NCBI GenBank assembly: GCA_021809545.1
Contig: JAKAYL010000003.1
Location: forward strand, 4,990-68,989
Source: Thermoplasmata archaeon
Lineage (GTDB): Archaea > Thermoplasmatota > Thermoplasmata > Lutacidiplasmatales > UBA184
Length of the DNA stretch: 64,000 nt
Reading direction: 5' to 3'
In this document: piece by piece, positions 12,269-22,274 of the stretch
Numbering within the stretch: position 1 is the first letter of the stretch
Layout: each line of letters begins with the position of its first letter
Notes under the pieces: model-generated
Databases searched by the model: none
Seen by the model: only the letters and a program-made list of their open reading frames with translations
What the model was told of the DNA's origin: nothing
Made by a program: the position numbers and the translations under genes

Positions 12269-12780
12269 AGAAAAGGTCGCAGGTTCCGCCCACTGATGGG
12301 TGGGCCCCTCTCTGCCTTCCCTCCTCGCTGGTCCTCTACTTCCTTTCCCTGCTCTTCCTCGTCTTTGGAGTGCTCTATCTGGCCTACCCGGATACGATCG
12401 TGGCCACCACAAGTTCGATCGGGAAGGGGTTGGGCCTTTCGCGGGTTCCAGCCGACGGAGCCCCCAGCGCATTCGGTGGGTGGCTCGTCTTCACCTTCGC
12501 CTACATGGTCGCCGCCGCAGCCTCTTCGTTCTTTGCGGCCCGCTCCGCGGACCCCCGCCCCTACCTGCGGATCCTTGTGGTGTTGAAAGCCACCTCCTGC
12601 CTCACCGCCGGGGCGCTCTTCGTGGTGCAGGATCCGTTCGCCTTCTACTTGGCCACGGTTATCACCGACGGGCCCCTGGCGCTCGTGGCCGTCGGTCTGT
12701 ACGTCCACCTCACGGGCGACATGGAAAGGTTAAAACGTTCTGGAGTTGCCCTTGGGGGAACCCAAGACGGTGTAAAATGA
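12244..12780 (+). CDS. Membrane protein (~4 TM) coupled to the GMC oxidoreductase
   Basis: Four hydrophobic segments; overlaps both neighbouring genes. Confidence 0.7.
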   Translation: MAEGMEGIEKRSQVPPTDGWAPLCLPSSLVLYFLSLLFLVFGVLYLAYPDTIVATTSSIGKGLGLSRVPADGAPSAFGGWLVFTFAYMVAAAASSFFAARSADPRPYLRILVVLKATSCLTAGALFVVQDPFAFYLATVITDGPLALVAVGLYVHLTGDMERLKRSGVALGGTQDGVK

Positions 12781-14957
12781 CCCTACCCCTGCCTATCGTG
12801 GAGCTCTTCGTCTTCCTGGCCGCATTGCTTGCTCTGGGAGTCGCCGGTTACCAGACCTACCGGGTGTTCCGGGAGGATGAGGGAACCGACAAGATGAAGG
12901 AGATATCGAAGGCCATCCGGGAAGGGGCCGAGGCCTTCCTCACCCGGGAATACAAGACCGTCGCGATGGTCGGTGCGGTCATCGCGGTCCTCATCCTGGT
13001 CGGTCTCTACAACATCGGTGTCTCTCAGGGAGACACCTTCTTCAGCGCCCACATGGCGCTCGGCTTCGTCGTGGGGGCGGTCGGCAGTGCCCTCGCAGGC
13101 TACGTGGGGATGTATGTGAGCGTGCGCGCCAACGTCCGGACGGCGAACGTCGCCCGGGTCGAGGGAAAGGCGGAGTCCGACCCCGAGAAGAAGGCAGCCG
13201 CCCACGAGCGGGGCCTTGACGCCGCCATGCGCTTCGCCTTCATGAGCGGGTCCGTGACGGGACTCTCCGTCGCCGGCTTCGCCCTCCTCGGCCTCGTGGC
13301 CTTCTTCGTCGGCTTCAACGGGAATGTCCTTGAGATGGCCGGGTTCATCTTCGGTGCGTCCCTCATGAGCCTCTTCGCCCGTGTCGGCGGAGGCATCTAC
13401 ACCAAGGGGGCGGACGTCGGCGCCGACCTCGTCGGAAAGGTCGAGGCGGGGATTCCTGAGGATGACCCCCGCAACCCGGCCGTCATCGCAGACAACGTGG
13501 GGGACAATGTCGGGGACTGCGCCGGAATGGCGGCCGACCTCTTCGAGACCTACGTCGTTACCGCGGTTTCCACCATGCTCCTCGCCTTCCTCCTGACCGA
13601 CGTCAAGAACGCCCTCGCCTGGGCGATCGTCTTCCCGCTCATCATCTCGGCCTGGTCGATCGTGGCCACTATCGTGGCCTTCCCCTTCGTGCGAATCCGG
13701 AAGGGCGGGAGCATCATGGGCGGCCTGTACAACGGGTTGATCGTTACGGTCGTCGTGGGCCTCATCGGCCTGGGTGTGCTCTCCTACGTCTTCATGACCG
13801 AGGTCTGGGGTGCGGTCTTCGTGGCCAGCGCGACCGGGCTCTTCGTCATGCTGGCGATCGTCTACTCCACCGACTTCTACACCGGGACCGGACGGCGCCC
13901 GGTCACCTCGATCTCGGAGGCTGCCCAGCGCGGGGCGGGCCCCGTGGTCATCGAGGGGATGAGTGTCGGGCTTGAGGCGGTCCTGATCCCCGCGCTCTCG
14001 ATCGTCGCTGGGATCATCGCCGCCTACGGTGTCATGTACCTTTACGCGCCCGTGGGCACGGACCCGGGGCACTTCGGGCTCTACGGGATCGGCCTCGCCG
14101 CGGCTTCCATGCTCTCTGCCACGGGAATGATCATCTCGATCGATGCGTTCGGCCCGATCACCGACAACGCGGGAGGGATCGCGGAGATGGCCCAACTGCC
14201 GCCGGAGGCCCGGAAGATCACCGACCCCCTTGACGCGGTGGGCAACACCACAAAGGCCGTCACCAAAGGCTACGCCGTCGGATCGGCCGCCCTGGCCGCA
14301 CTGGTCCTCTTCGCAGCGTACTACCAGGCCGCCTTCCCCAACGCGCCGGCGAGCCAACTGCAGGCCCTGGCCGTGAACCAGCCTCTCGTGATCATCGGTC
14401 TGATCATCGGGGCCACCCTGCCCTTCTTCTTCACCGCCTTCCTGATGCGGGCCGTGGGCACAGCCGCCCAGGCCGTCGTCGAGGAGGTCCGCCGCCAGTT
14501 CCGCACGATCAAGGGCATCATGGAGGGCACCGCCCGGCCCGAGTACGGCCCCTGCGTGGACATCGTCACCAAGACGGCGATCAGCGAGCTGGTCCTTCCG
14601 GCCGCCATCGCGGTCGTCACCCCTCTGGCCGTCGGATTCCTCCTGGGACCCACCGCAGTGGCCGGGCTCCTCTTCGGGGTCATCCTTTCGGGACTCCCCC
14701 TGGCCATCTTCATGACCGTCGGGGGCGGAGCTTGGGACAACGGCAAGAAGTACATCGAGCTCGGGAACTTCGGAGGCAAGGGCTCGGATGCCCACAAGGC
14801 CGCCGTCGTCGGCGACACCGTCGGGGACGCGACCAAGGACACGGCCGGACCCGCCATCAACCCGCTCATCAAGGTGGTTAACACCATCAGCATCCTGTTC
14901 GTCTACCTCGTCGTCGCGAACAACCTGGTGGGCTACCTGGCAACCCTCCACCTCTGA
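12777..14957 (+). CDS. hppA: Membrane-bound ion-pumping pyrophosphatase, K+-independent H+-PPase type
   Basis: Contains 'GGIYTKGADVGADLVGKVE', 'DNVGDNVGD' and 'DNAGGIAEM'. 'GNTTKA' has the Lys of the K+-independent subfamily. Confidence 0.96.
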   Translation: MTLPLPIVELFVFLAALLALGVAGYQTYRVFREDEGTDKMKEISKAIREGAEAFLTREYKTVAMVGAVIAVLILVGLYNIGVSQGDTFFSAHMALGFVVGAVGSALAGYVGMYVSVRANVRTANVARVEGKAESDPEKKAAAHERGLDAAMRFAFMSGSVTGLSVAGFALLGLVAFFVGFNGNVLEMAGFIFGASLMSLFARVGGGIYTKGADVGADLVGKVEAGIPEDDPRNPAVIADNVGDNVGDCAGMAADLFETYVVTAVSTMLLAFLLTDVKNALAWAIVFPLIISAWSIVATIVAFPFVRIRKGGSIMGGLYNGLIVTVVVGLIGLGVLSYVFMTEVWGAVFVASATGLFVMLAIVYSTDFYTGTGRRPVTSISEAAQRGAGPVVIEGMSVGLEAVLIPALSIVAGIIAAYGVMYLYAPVGTDPGHFGLYGIGLAAASMLSATGMIISIDAFGPITDNAGGIAEMAQLPPEARKITDPLDAVGNTTKAVTKGYAVGSAALAALVLFAAYYQAAFPNAPASQLQALAVNQPLVIIGLIIGATLPFFFTAFLMRAVGTAAQAVVEEVRRQFRTIKGIMEGTARPEYGPCVDIVTKTAISELVLPAAIAVVTPLAVGFLLGPTAVAGLLFGVILSGLPLAIFMTVGGGAWDNGKKYIELGNFGGKGSDAHKAAVVGDTVGDATKDTAGPAINPLIKVVNTISILFVYLVVANNLVGYLATLHL

Positions 14958-15000
14958 GGGTCTCCGCAGCGCTAGGTGGGGCCGGGGGAGATCCCCCGCG

Positions 15001-15768
15001 TCACTTCATCGAAACATCGGAGCGCATGTACGCCCGGGTCGCCACGTAGAGCAGTACGACGGCTTCCACCGTGAGGAGGAGGAGCCGGTAGGCGTCGGTC
15101 ACGGTGAGCAGCCCGAAGTAGGAGTCCCGCACGATGTCGGCAACGTAGGTCAGGGGATTCACAGCGAAGAGCACCTGGATCGGGAGCGGAAGGCTGGGGC
15201 TGTCCGGATAGAAGACGGTGCTCGCAAAGTTCACGATGAAGATCATCAGGACCTGGATGCTGTTGTACGCGTTGCTGGACTTGACCAGGGCGGAGATGAA
15301 GAGCATGGCGGAACCGAAGAGGATCGAGCCGAGGATGAGGGTCACCACGATGATCCCGAGTCCGAACCCTCCGACGGGGACGCTGCCGAGAAGGGCCAGG
15401 GCCACCACGAGCATCGTGAAAGCCCCGGCGATCCCCATCAGGACGGAGGTGAGCATGATCCCGAGGAGGTACTCCAGACGGGTGAAGGGGCTCACGAGCA
15501 ACTGGGCGAGCATCCCCCAGCGCCGGTCGGCCCACAGGATGCTCCCACCGACGGTGCCCGCCATGACCACTTGGAAGGCCATGATGCCCGGGGTCAGGAA
15601 GCTCAGGTAGCTCGTCCCTTTCGTTCCCCCACCGCCCAGCGAGGAGAAACCAAACCCGAAGAAGACAAGGTAGAGGGCGGGAAGGCCGATCAGGATGACC
15701 AACGAGCCGGGGTCGGTGTTCACCCGGAAGTTGCGGTACATCAGGCGCAGGAGGTTAGGAAGTGCCAT
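15001..15768 (-). CDS. ABC-2 type exporter permease
   Basis: Contains 'YLSFLTPGI' and 'NPLTY'; about 6 TM helices. Confidence 0.88.
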   Translation of the reverse strand: MALPNLLRLMYRNFRVNTDPGSLVILIGLPALYLVFFGFGFSSLGGGGTKGTSYLSFLTPGIMAFQVVMAGTVGGSILWADRRWGMLAQLLVSPFTRLEYLLGIMLTSVLMGIAGAFTMLVVALALLGSVPVGGFGLGIIVVTLILGSILFGSAMLFISALVKSSNAYNSIQVLMIFIVNFASTVFYPDSPSLPLPIQVLFAVNPLTYVADIVRDSYFGLLTVTDAYRLLLLTVEAVVLLYVATRAYMRSDVSMK

Positions 15769-16732
15769 GCTCTGCTTCCCCCGAGACGGTGCTCAGGAAC
15801 ACGTCTTCGAGCGTGTTCTTGCGGATGTTCAGCCACTCCAGCTGGACCCCGGTGGCTCCCGCCAACTCCGTGATCTTGGAGAGCACCACTCGCGGATCTT
15901 GGACGAGGAGCAGGGCCGAGTTACCCTCCCGCTTGAGGGTCGCCTCTGACCCGAGGCTGTGGGCGAGGGCATCGTAGAAGCGCCCGGCATCCCCCCCTCC
16001 GACGGTGACCTCGATCGTCTTCTTGCCGCCGTAAAGCCGCTTCAAGTTCTCCAGGGTATCCAGGACCAGGATCTTCCCGGAGTCAACGACCGCGACCCGG
16101 TCGCAGAGATAGTCCGCTTCTTCGAGGTTATGCGTGGTGAAGACCACCGTAAGCCCCCCGCGGACCTCCTCCTTGATGGAGTCGAGCAGCTTCCGGCGCA
16201 TGATCACATCGAGGCCCACCGTCGGCTCGTCGAGGAAGAGGATCTCCATGTCGTGCATGAACTCGCGCGCCACCTGCACCCTCCGTTGCTGCCCCCCGGA
16301 AAGATCGAAGGACCTCTGTTTTCGGAATTCCCCGAGCTCGAAGCGTTCGATGAGCTCCTCGCGGCGGCGTTGGCGTAGGTCCTTGGGGACGCCCCACAGC
16401 ACTCCGTAGATGTCGAAATTCCCCTCGACGCTGGTGAAGTCGAAGGATTCCGATTGCTGGACCACTCCGATCCGGTTTCGGATCTCCTTTCCCTGACGGA
16501 CGGGGTCCCTTCCCAGAATGCTGAGGCTTCCCGAGGTGGGCCGGATGAGCGTCGTCATCGCCTTGATGAGCGTGGTCTTCCCGGCTCCGTTCTTGCCCAG
16601 GAGCCCGAAGACCTCCCCCTTCCGCACCTCGAAGCTCACACCGTCCAGCGCGAAGCGCTTGCCGTCGTAGGTGTGCCGGAGTTGGTTGAGGACGATGGCA
16701 GGGGTTTCCATGAGGGGTTTCGAGATTCCCAT
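15755..16732 (-). CDS. ABC exporter ATP-binding subunit (DrrA/NodI-like)
   Basis: GKNGAGKT, LSGGQ, LDEPT and H-loop 'TTHNLEEA'. Confidence 0.93.
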   Translation of the reverse strand: MGISKPLMETPAIVLNQLRHTYDGKRFALDGVSFEVRKGEVFGLLGKNGAGKTTLIKAMTTLIRPTSGSLSILGRDPVRQGKEIRNRIGVVQQSESFDFTSVEGNFDIYGVLWGVPKDLRQRRREELIERFELGEFRKQRSFDLSGGQQRRVQVAREFMHDMEILFLDEPTVGLDVIMRRKLLDSIKEEVRGGLTVVFTTHNLEEADYLCDRVAVVDSGKILVLDTLENLKRLYGGKKTIEVTVGGGDAGRFYDALAHSLGSEATLKREGNSALLLVQDPRVVLSKITELAGATGVQLEWLNIRKNTLEDVFLSTVSGEAEHGTS

Positions 16733-16831
16733 ACCTTCTGTGGTTTAAGTCGTACGGGGGGAGTTTGGCCCAGGTGTTCTGAGGTCTTCCGGGACATTCT
16801 CTATATATAGGCTGAGTTCGCTGCTCCAAAC

Positions 16832-18019
16832 ATGGAGCTCACCGCCGAGCAAGAGGCCATTCTGCAGGGCAGCAGAGGGGAACGCACCGCGGAACTGATG
16901 CGGATCCTCGTATCGTTGGGCGAGCTCAACGACGCCCGGCGGCTGATCCCGGTGTGGTCCGTCCAGCTCTCCGGAATCTCGTTCAAAACGATGGGCGTCC
17001 CCGGCACGGAGTTCTTGGAAGACGCGGCGAAAGAGGTCCACGTCGCTGTCCCCACCACCATCAATCCCGCCGGCTACGACGTGGGAGGACCCGGTCTGGT
17101 GCCGGTGAGCGAAGATTTCCGCGGGAAGCAGGAGCGCATCGTGCGGGCGTTGCTCGCCATGGGCGCCCTGCCCACCTTCTCCTGCACGCCGTACACGACG
17201 GAATACACCCCCCCGGCGGGGGCCCACCTGGCCTGGGCCGAGAGCTCCGCCGTCATCTACTCGAACAGCGTCCTCGGGGCCTTCTCCAATCGCGAGGGTG
17301 CGCCGAGCGCGCTCGCCAGCGCTGTGACCGGGGTCACTCCCGAGTACGGTCTTCACCTTCCCGAGGGCCGGAGGCCGAGCGTCGTGGTGCAGGTAGCCCC
17401 TCAGGAAGACCTACACTTCTCTTCCCTCGGCGCCTTCCTTGGCAAGGCTTTGGGAAGCAAGATCCCGTACCTGCGGGGGATCCGGCCCGAGGTCGACGAC
17501 ATGAAAGCGATGGGAGCCGCGATGAGCGCTTGGGGCTCGGTCCCCATGTTCCACGTGGAGGGAGTGACGCATGAGGCGGCGAAGCAGGAGCTGGACGGCC
17601 TCGAGACGATGGAGGTGGGACCTAAGGACATCGCTTCCTTCGAGGAGTCCCTCGGCAGGGATGGGGACACCCCGCGACTGATCGCCATCGGCTGTCCCCA
17701 CGCCACCCCAGGGGAACTGAAGCATCTTGCGAGGATCCTCCGGGAAAAGCGGGGCGGGAAGTTGCGCTCGGGCATCGAATTCTGGGTATGTACGAACCGT
17801 CGGGTCATCGCAGACCATGCGGACGTCGTCGCTCAATTGCAGTCCGCCGGGGTCCGTGTGATCCAGGACACCTGCATGGTGGTGGCTCCGATCGGGGAGA
17901 AATACCCCGTGATCGCGGTCAACTCGGCCAAGGCCGCTTTCTACGCGGCCAAAAGATCCTTCAGCGGGCAAAAAGTCCTCTTCGGGACCACGGAAGAACT
18001 CATTGACCGGTGGGCCTGA
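16832..18019 (+). CDS. Aconitase X large subunit (DUF521), probable phosphomevalonate dehydratase large subunit
   Basis: Contains 'TTINP', 'FSCTPY', 'AWAESSAVIYSNSVLGA', 'IGCPH', 'DTCMVV' and 'NSAK'. Confidence 0.88.
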   Translation: MELTAEQEAILQGSRGERTAELMRILVSLGELNDARRLIPVWSVQLSGISFKTMGVPGTEFLEDAAKEVHVAVPTTINPAGYDVGGPGLVPVSEDFRGKQERIVRALLAMGALPTFSCTPYTTEYTPPAGAHLAWAESSAVIYSNSVLGAFSNREGAPSALASAVTGVTPEYGLHLPEGRRPSVVVQVAPQEDLHFSSLGAFLGKALGSKIPYLRGIRPEVDDMKAMGAAMSAWGSVPMFHVEGVTHEAAKQELDGLETMEVGPKDIASFEESLGRDGDTPRLIAIGCPHATPGELKHLARILREKRGGKLRSGIEFWVCTNRRVIADHADVVAQLQSAGVRVIQDTCMVVAPIGEKYPVIAVNSAKAAFYAAKRSFSGQKVLFGTTEELIDRWA

Positions 18020-18136
18020 CCGTAGCCCGTCCAAAAAGATGCGGTTCCGTGCCCCGGGCATCGTGGGACGCAGGGAGATACCTCCTGCTTAGGGGCCCGA
18101 TAGGTTGATTTCCCATGCCGACTTAAGACGTACGGG

Positions 18137-20914
18137 ATGAGCGACCACCTCGAGCCTCCCCCACAGAAGGGAAAGCCGGCTCCGATCAAGGAGTGGGCAG
18201 GTTCGAAGGCCGCTTCCGCATCGAAGGGAAGGGACTCCACCCGCCCCGCGCTCAAGAAGAAGGGCCGGCCCATGGCTACGAGGAAAGGCTCCTTCAGGGC
18301 ACAGAGCGTGACGCCCTCGAAGGGCTACACCCCTGCCGTCCCCTTCCTCCTGTTGCTGGTGGCCGGACTTCTCACGTTGGGCTGGGGCATCGTGATGGTC
18401 GCGGGGGATGCGACCTCGAGCGTGGGCTGGGTTGTGATCTACGCCGGAGTGGTTGGGGTCATGGTCGTTGTCGGTTGGTTCGCTCCCTGGCTCACCCCCC
18501 TCGTAGCGGGCTCTCGACCCGCGGTGAGATCGGACCGGTCCCCCCCCGGTCGGACCCAGGCCCCCAAGGAACGGGCGGAAGGTGGGCCCGCGCCGCGCCC
18601 ACGCACCCGCCTCGGAGAGATCCTTCTGGGATTCGAAGAGGGGGCTCCGTTGCTCTTCTTCGGGATCATCTTCCTCATTCTCGCCCTCCTCTTCTGGGGG
18701 AGCTACGCCCACATCGGTGAGCGCTTCTATCCGCTGTGGATCGTCTTCCTGTTGGTGGGTGGAATCGCGACCGTGGGCGGAACGGTCGCCGCCTTCGTTC
18801 CCGAGGACGAGGAAGGGGAACTCCCCAAGAGTACCGAAGACTATGTTGTCGTCGAGCGCAGCGAGTGGGTCGCCACCAGGACTCAGGTGAGGAACCTCAA
18901 GACGCTCGTAGCCAAGGTCTCGGCGCAGGAACTGGTGGCCACGACGCTCAAGCAGGAGCCGTCCGTCCGGGTGGGTTCTCCCTCGCTCGAGCAAGTGGGA
19001 AAGTATGCCGACTCGCAAGGGGCCAAGCTCGAGGCCCTTCGGATGGCTCTCTCCCGAGAGCTTGAGGAAAGCAAGAGGGAGGGCCGCAGCATCGACCTAG
19101 AGAAGACCCTCGCCCCCATCTTGCGTGCCGAGACCGCCCCCGGTCCCGCGACCAGCGCTCTGGAGCAACCTTCCCCCGCATCGACAGCACCCCGTCCCGC
19201 GGAGGCACTCGACCGGAGGGCCCGAGAGGACATCATCGCCACGTCCGGGATGCAATTCCTTTCTCCTCGGAGCAGCGCCATGGAGTGGGAGATCTCCGCT
19301 TTCCGCACCGCGTTGACCACCGGCACATCTCGCAAACCCGGGGAGCCCGGGCGGGAGTACGTGCTTCGCGGGGCCCTGGAATCGGCCCGCACTGGGGGCC
19401 GCGTTCCCAATCCCGAAACATTGGTCTCCGCTCTGGGAGAAACTCTCCAGGAATCGTCGAAGATACTGAATCCCCGGCAGCAGGTGGAACTCTCCCGGGC
19501 GCTCGAAGGGGAGTCCCGTCAGATGCAATCCTTGCTCAAGATTCCGAGAAATCCCGGGGAATCGCTGCGGGATTACGTCCTTCGAGCGGAGGAAGTCTTC
19601 CATGTCTTGGAGAAGACCTCGACGGGACCCGCCCCGCTCCGGAGCCCAACGGCGAGCCTGCAATGGTCCCTCACCCTGTTCCGCGGGTTCCTCGAAAGCT
19701 ACCTCGGGAAGCAGAGGACCCTGGATATCGTGGACCATATTGCCCGGCAGGCGGAATCCGGGAACATCGTCCCGGAAGCCGGGGGACGGAAGGGCGACGA
19801 ACTACTGGTCTATGCCAAACTGGTGAAGAATTCCCTCTTTGCCCTCGTACCCGCGGCCATCTCCCGGCCGGAGGCGGACCGGATCGTCCGCGAATTCGAT
19901 GTCTTTGTCGCAGACCTGATCGGCCCCTCCGGAGAGGAGACTCCGGGAAAGGATCCGGAAGCCCCGAGTCCGAAGGTGACCTCCGAGAAAGTGAACAAGC
20001 TGTTCGAGAGCCTGCTCTCCAAACCTGCGATTCCCCCGGCAGGTAGGGCTCCCGTTCCTCCCCCCGCGCCTGAGGCACGGGCGAAGCCCATCGTGGTAAC
20101 TCCGGTCCCGGTCGTTGAAGCTCCTTCCGAGCCTACGCTGACAGCGGTGGACTGGGAAGCGTCTTGCTTTCGCGCAGCCCAGTCGACCGCGCTCCTTCGG
20201 AATCCCAACGAGGCGCCCAAGGACTACCTGGCCCGCGCCAACAACCTCACCGGTTCCTCGGTCCACCCCTCTCCGTTGGAGGTGGCAAGCGCCATTTCCA
20301 GTTCGTTGACCGAGGCTCACCGCAGTCTCAGCGACCGCCAGATGTCGGATCTCGGCAAGATCTTGGATGACGCGAGCCGGAAGTGGTCCGAGGCGGTCAA
20401 GGTGCCGTGGAACCCGGGAGAGTCGCTCTTGGAGTACTCTGTCCGGGTGAAGGGCGTCCTTGAGGCCCTGGCCCGGACCGCGGTGGAGCCTCAGGCGCAA
20501 AAGGACCTGGCCGGACTTCAGTGGTCTCTGACCCTCTTCCGCGGCTTCCTCGAGGGATACTTCGGGAAACTGAGCGCCGAGGAGATCGTGCGGGACGTCG
20601 AGACCAGCGCCACCGTCCCGGGAGCCCAGCGTCCGGTCGCAGCGGACGAACTCTCGAACTACGCCCAACTGGTCCGCAACTCGCTCCGCGTCCTGGTCAC
20701 CAAGGGATTCGACTCCGCCACCATTGACGAGGTGCTGAAGGAATTCGACGTCTTCGTTTCGGAGATCCGCGAGACCTCAGGGCGGGAGTACGCGCATTCC
20801 CCCGACGAGTGGAGGGAAGAGCAGCGCAACCCCAAGGAGGACATCGACCGGCTTTTCCGCAAGGTGGTGCAGAAGACTTCGGGAACGGTCGCGGAGAGCG
20901 AGAAGAAGGACTAG
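18137..20914 (+). CDS. Uncharacterised membrane-anchored protein with two copies of a ~210-aa cytoplasmic domain
   Basis: Four N-terminal TM segments. Duplicated blocks include 'LQWSLTLFRGFLE' (x2) and 'EFDVFV' (x2). Confidence 0.8.
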   Translation: MSDHLEPPPQKGKPAPIKEWAGSKAASASKGRDSTRPALKKKGRPMATRKGSFRAQSVTPSKGYTPAVPFLLLLVAGLLTLGWGIVMVAGDATSSVGWVVIYAGVVGVMVVVGWFAPWLTPLVAGSRPAVRSDRSPPGRTQAPKERAEGGPAPRPRTRLGEILLGFEEGAPLLFFGIIFLILALLFWGSYAHIGERFYPLWIVFLLVGGIATVGGTVAAFVPEDEEGELPKSTEDYVVVERSEWVATRTQVRNLKTLVAKVSAQELVATTLKQEPSVRVGSPSLEQVGKYADSQGAKLEALRMALSRELEESKREGRSIDLEKTLAPILRAETAPGPATSALEQPSPASTAPRPAEALDRRAREDIIATSGMQFLSPRSSAMEWEISAFRTALTTGTSRKPGEPGREYVLRGALESARTGGRVPNPETLVSALGETLQESSKILNPRQQVELSRALEGESRQMQSLLKIPRNPGESLRDYVLRAEEVFHVLEKTSTGPAPLRSPTASLQWSLTLFRGFLESYLGKQRTLDIVDHIARQAESGNIVPEAGGRKGDELLVYAKLVKNSLFALVPAAISRPEADRIVREFDVFVADLIGPSGEETPGKDPEAPSPKVTSEKVNKLFESLLSKPAIPPAGRAPVPPPAPEARAKPIVVTPVPVVEAPSEPTLTAVDWEASCFRAAQSTALLRNPNEAPKDYLARANNLTGSSVHPSPLEVASAISSSLTEAHRSLSDRQMSDLGKILDDASRKWSEAVKVPWNPGESLLEYSVRVKGVLEALARTAVEPQAQKDLAGLQWSLTLFRGFLEGYFGKLSAEEIVRDVETSATVPGAQRPVAADELSNYAQLVRNSLRVLVTKGFDSATIDEVLKEFDVFVSEIRETSGREYAHSPDEWREEQRNPKEDIDRLFRKVVQKTSGTVAESEKKD

Positions 20915-21678
20915 TGCTTTCCTTCGCCGGATGCGCTGACGATCCCCTCTTCTCCGACGTTCACACGGATCAGGCCCGTGGACTCCGGGTGGTTGCGCAC
21001 CTTTTCGATGGCGACGGCGTAGCGGAAATTGGCGGAGCGTTCCTCCACCTCGAGGCTGAGGAGCACGTCCGCGATGGTCTCCAGTGTCCCAGTGACCCGG
21101 TTGTCGTGGATCTGCGGGGTCAGGGTCATGATCGCCCGTCCCCCGACCCGCTGGGCCCGGTAGCGGATCTGACGCACCATCGAGATCACGTCACTGGCCT
21201 CCGCCTGTTCCAGGAAGAAGTCCAGGGAATCGACCACGAGGCGGAAGGGCTTGTCGAGGGTCGCAATGTCGTTGATCATGCGGGTGACGAAGTTCACCCG
21301 CTTCTCCTTGATCCCCTTCATCGTGAACTGGGAGATGTCCTCCGGGGAGATGCCCATCTCCCGGAACCGGCTCACCTCGAGGTTGAGGGAGAGCACCTGG
21401 TCGTAGTACTCCTCGAGGATGTTCACTAGGTTGATATTCTCCTTCCAGCCAAACCCGCGGAGCGCCGCGAGGACATCCTCCGTCCTCTCGATGGTCGTGT
21501 AGTAGTAGACGGGCACCTTCTCGGGCGCGAACCCCGTGAATTGCTTGGCCAGAAGCTCGATCCCGCTCCCGGGAGCCCCGGTGAGGATACCGGCCCACCC
21601 CTTCGGGAGGACCCCTCCCAGTTGAGAATCGATCTCAGGGATCCCGAAGATGGCTTCGGTGGGTCCCTTGGTTTTCAC
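20911..21678 (-). CDS. KaiC/RAD55-like protein with degenerate Walker A
   Basis: Contains 'FGIPEIDSQLGG', GAPGSGIE (no GKT), 'LVVDSL' and 'IEKVRN'. Confidence 0.85.
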   Translation of the reverse strand: MKTKGPTEAIFGIPEIDSQLGGVLPKGWAGILTGAPGSGIELLAKQFTGFAPEKVPVYYYTTIERTEDVLAALRGFGWKENINLVNILEEYYDQVLSLNLEVSRFREMGISPEDISQFTMKGIKEKRVNFVTRMINDIATLDKPFRLVVDSLDFFLEQAEASDVISMVRQIRYRAQRVGGRAIMTLTPQIHDNRVTGTLETIADVLLSLEVEERSANFRYAVAIEKVRNHPESTGLIRVNVGEEGIVSASGEGKH

Positions 21679-22274
21679 TTCGGGGCCTCCACCTGGAGCG
21701 TTATGTTCGCATCGCAGATCAGCGAAAGCACGTTCGAGAGCTCGGGCGCCGTCTCCTCGATGACCGTGAGGATGACCGTGACCGCCCCGAGGGACTTCAG
21801 CTTGTTCACCAGGATGTGGAGGAATTCCTGGAGGATCCGGTTGTTGTTGTGGATGGCGAGCGAGCTCACCGAATCGATGACCACGATCTTCTTCTCGCTG
21901 GTATTTCTCCGGAGAAGGTACTCGACCCGCAACATGATGGTCTCGAGCATCGTCGGGCTCTCAACGTAGGTGGTGTTCGAGGACCGGTTCCCTTTCCCTA
22001 CCATCATGTAGCTCGTGACATCGACGAACGACACGTTGCTGGTCGGGATGTCCACGGACCCCAGGATGTCGATGAGGAGCGAGGCCGGGTTGGTCACCGA
22101 GACGTACACGGTATAGCCCCGGACCTCCATGACGTACTCCCGGAGGACCGAGGAGAGCGTTGCGAAGTAGCTGTCCGTGTAGCTCGCACTGTGCATCCGG
22201 ACCAGCACCGCGGAACCGCTGGGCATGCTCCGGAGGCCCTCCGTCAATTGTGCCGAGGTGGCTTCCTCACCCAT
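21675..22274 (-). CDS. Inactivated RecA/KaiC-fold protein
   Basis: Retains 'FVD', Walker B-like 'VVIDSVSSL' and 'LICD' but has no P-loop. Confidence 0.7.
   Translation of the reverse strand: MGEEATSAQLTEGLRSMPSGSAVLVRMHSASYTDSYFATLSSVLREYVMEVRGYTVYVSVTNPASLLIDILGSVDIPTSNVSFVDVTSYMMVGKGNRSSNTTYVESPTMLETIMLRVEYLLRRNTSEKKIVVIDSVSSLAIHNNNRILQEFLHILVNKLKSLGAVTVILTVIEETAPELSNVLSLICDANITLQVEAPK

Noticed and set aside
12300-12776. N-terminal extension making HppA 885 aa
   Set aside because: It overlaps the real membrane-protein gene in another frame. The ATG at 12777 gives a normal-length PPase.
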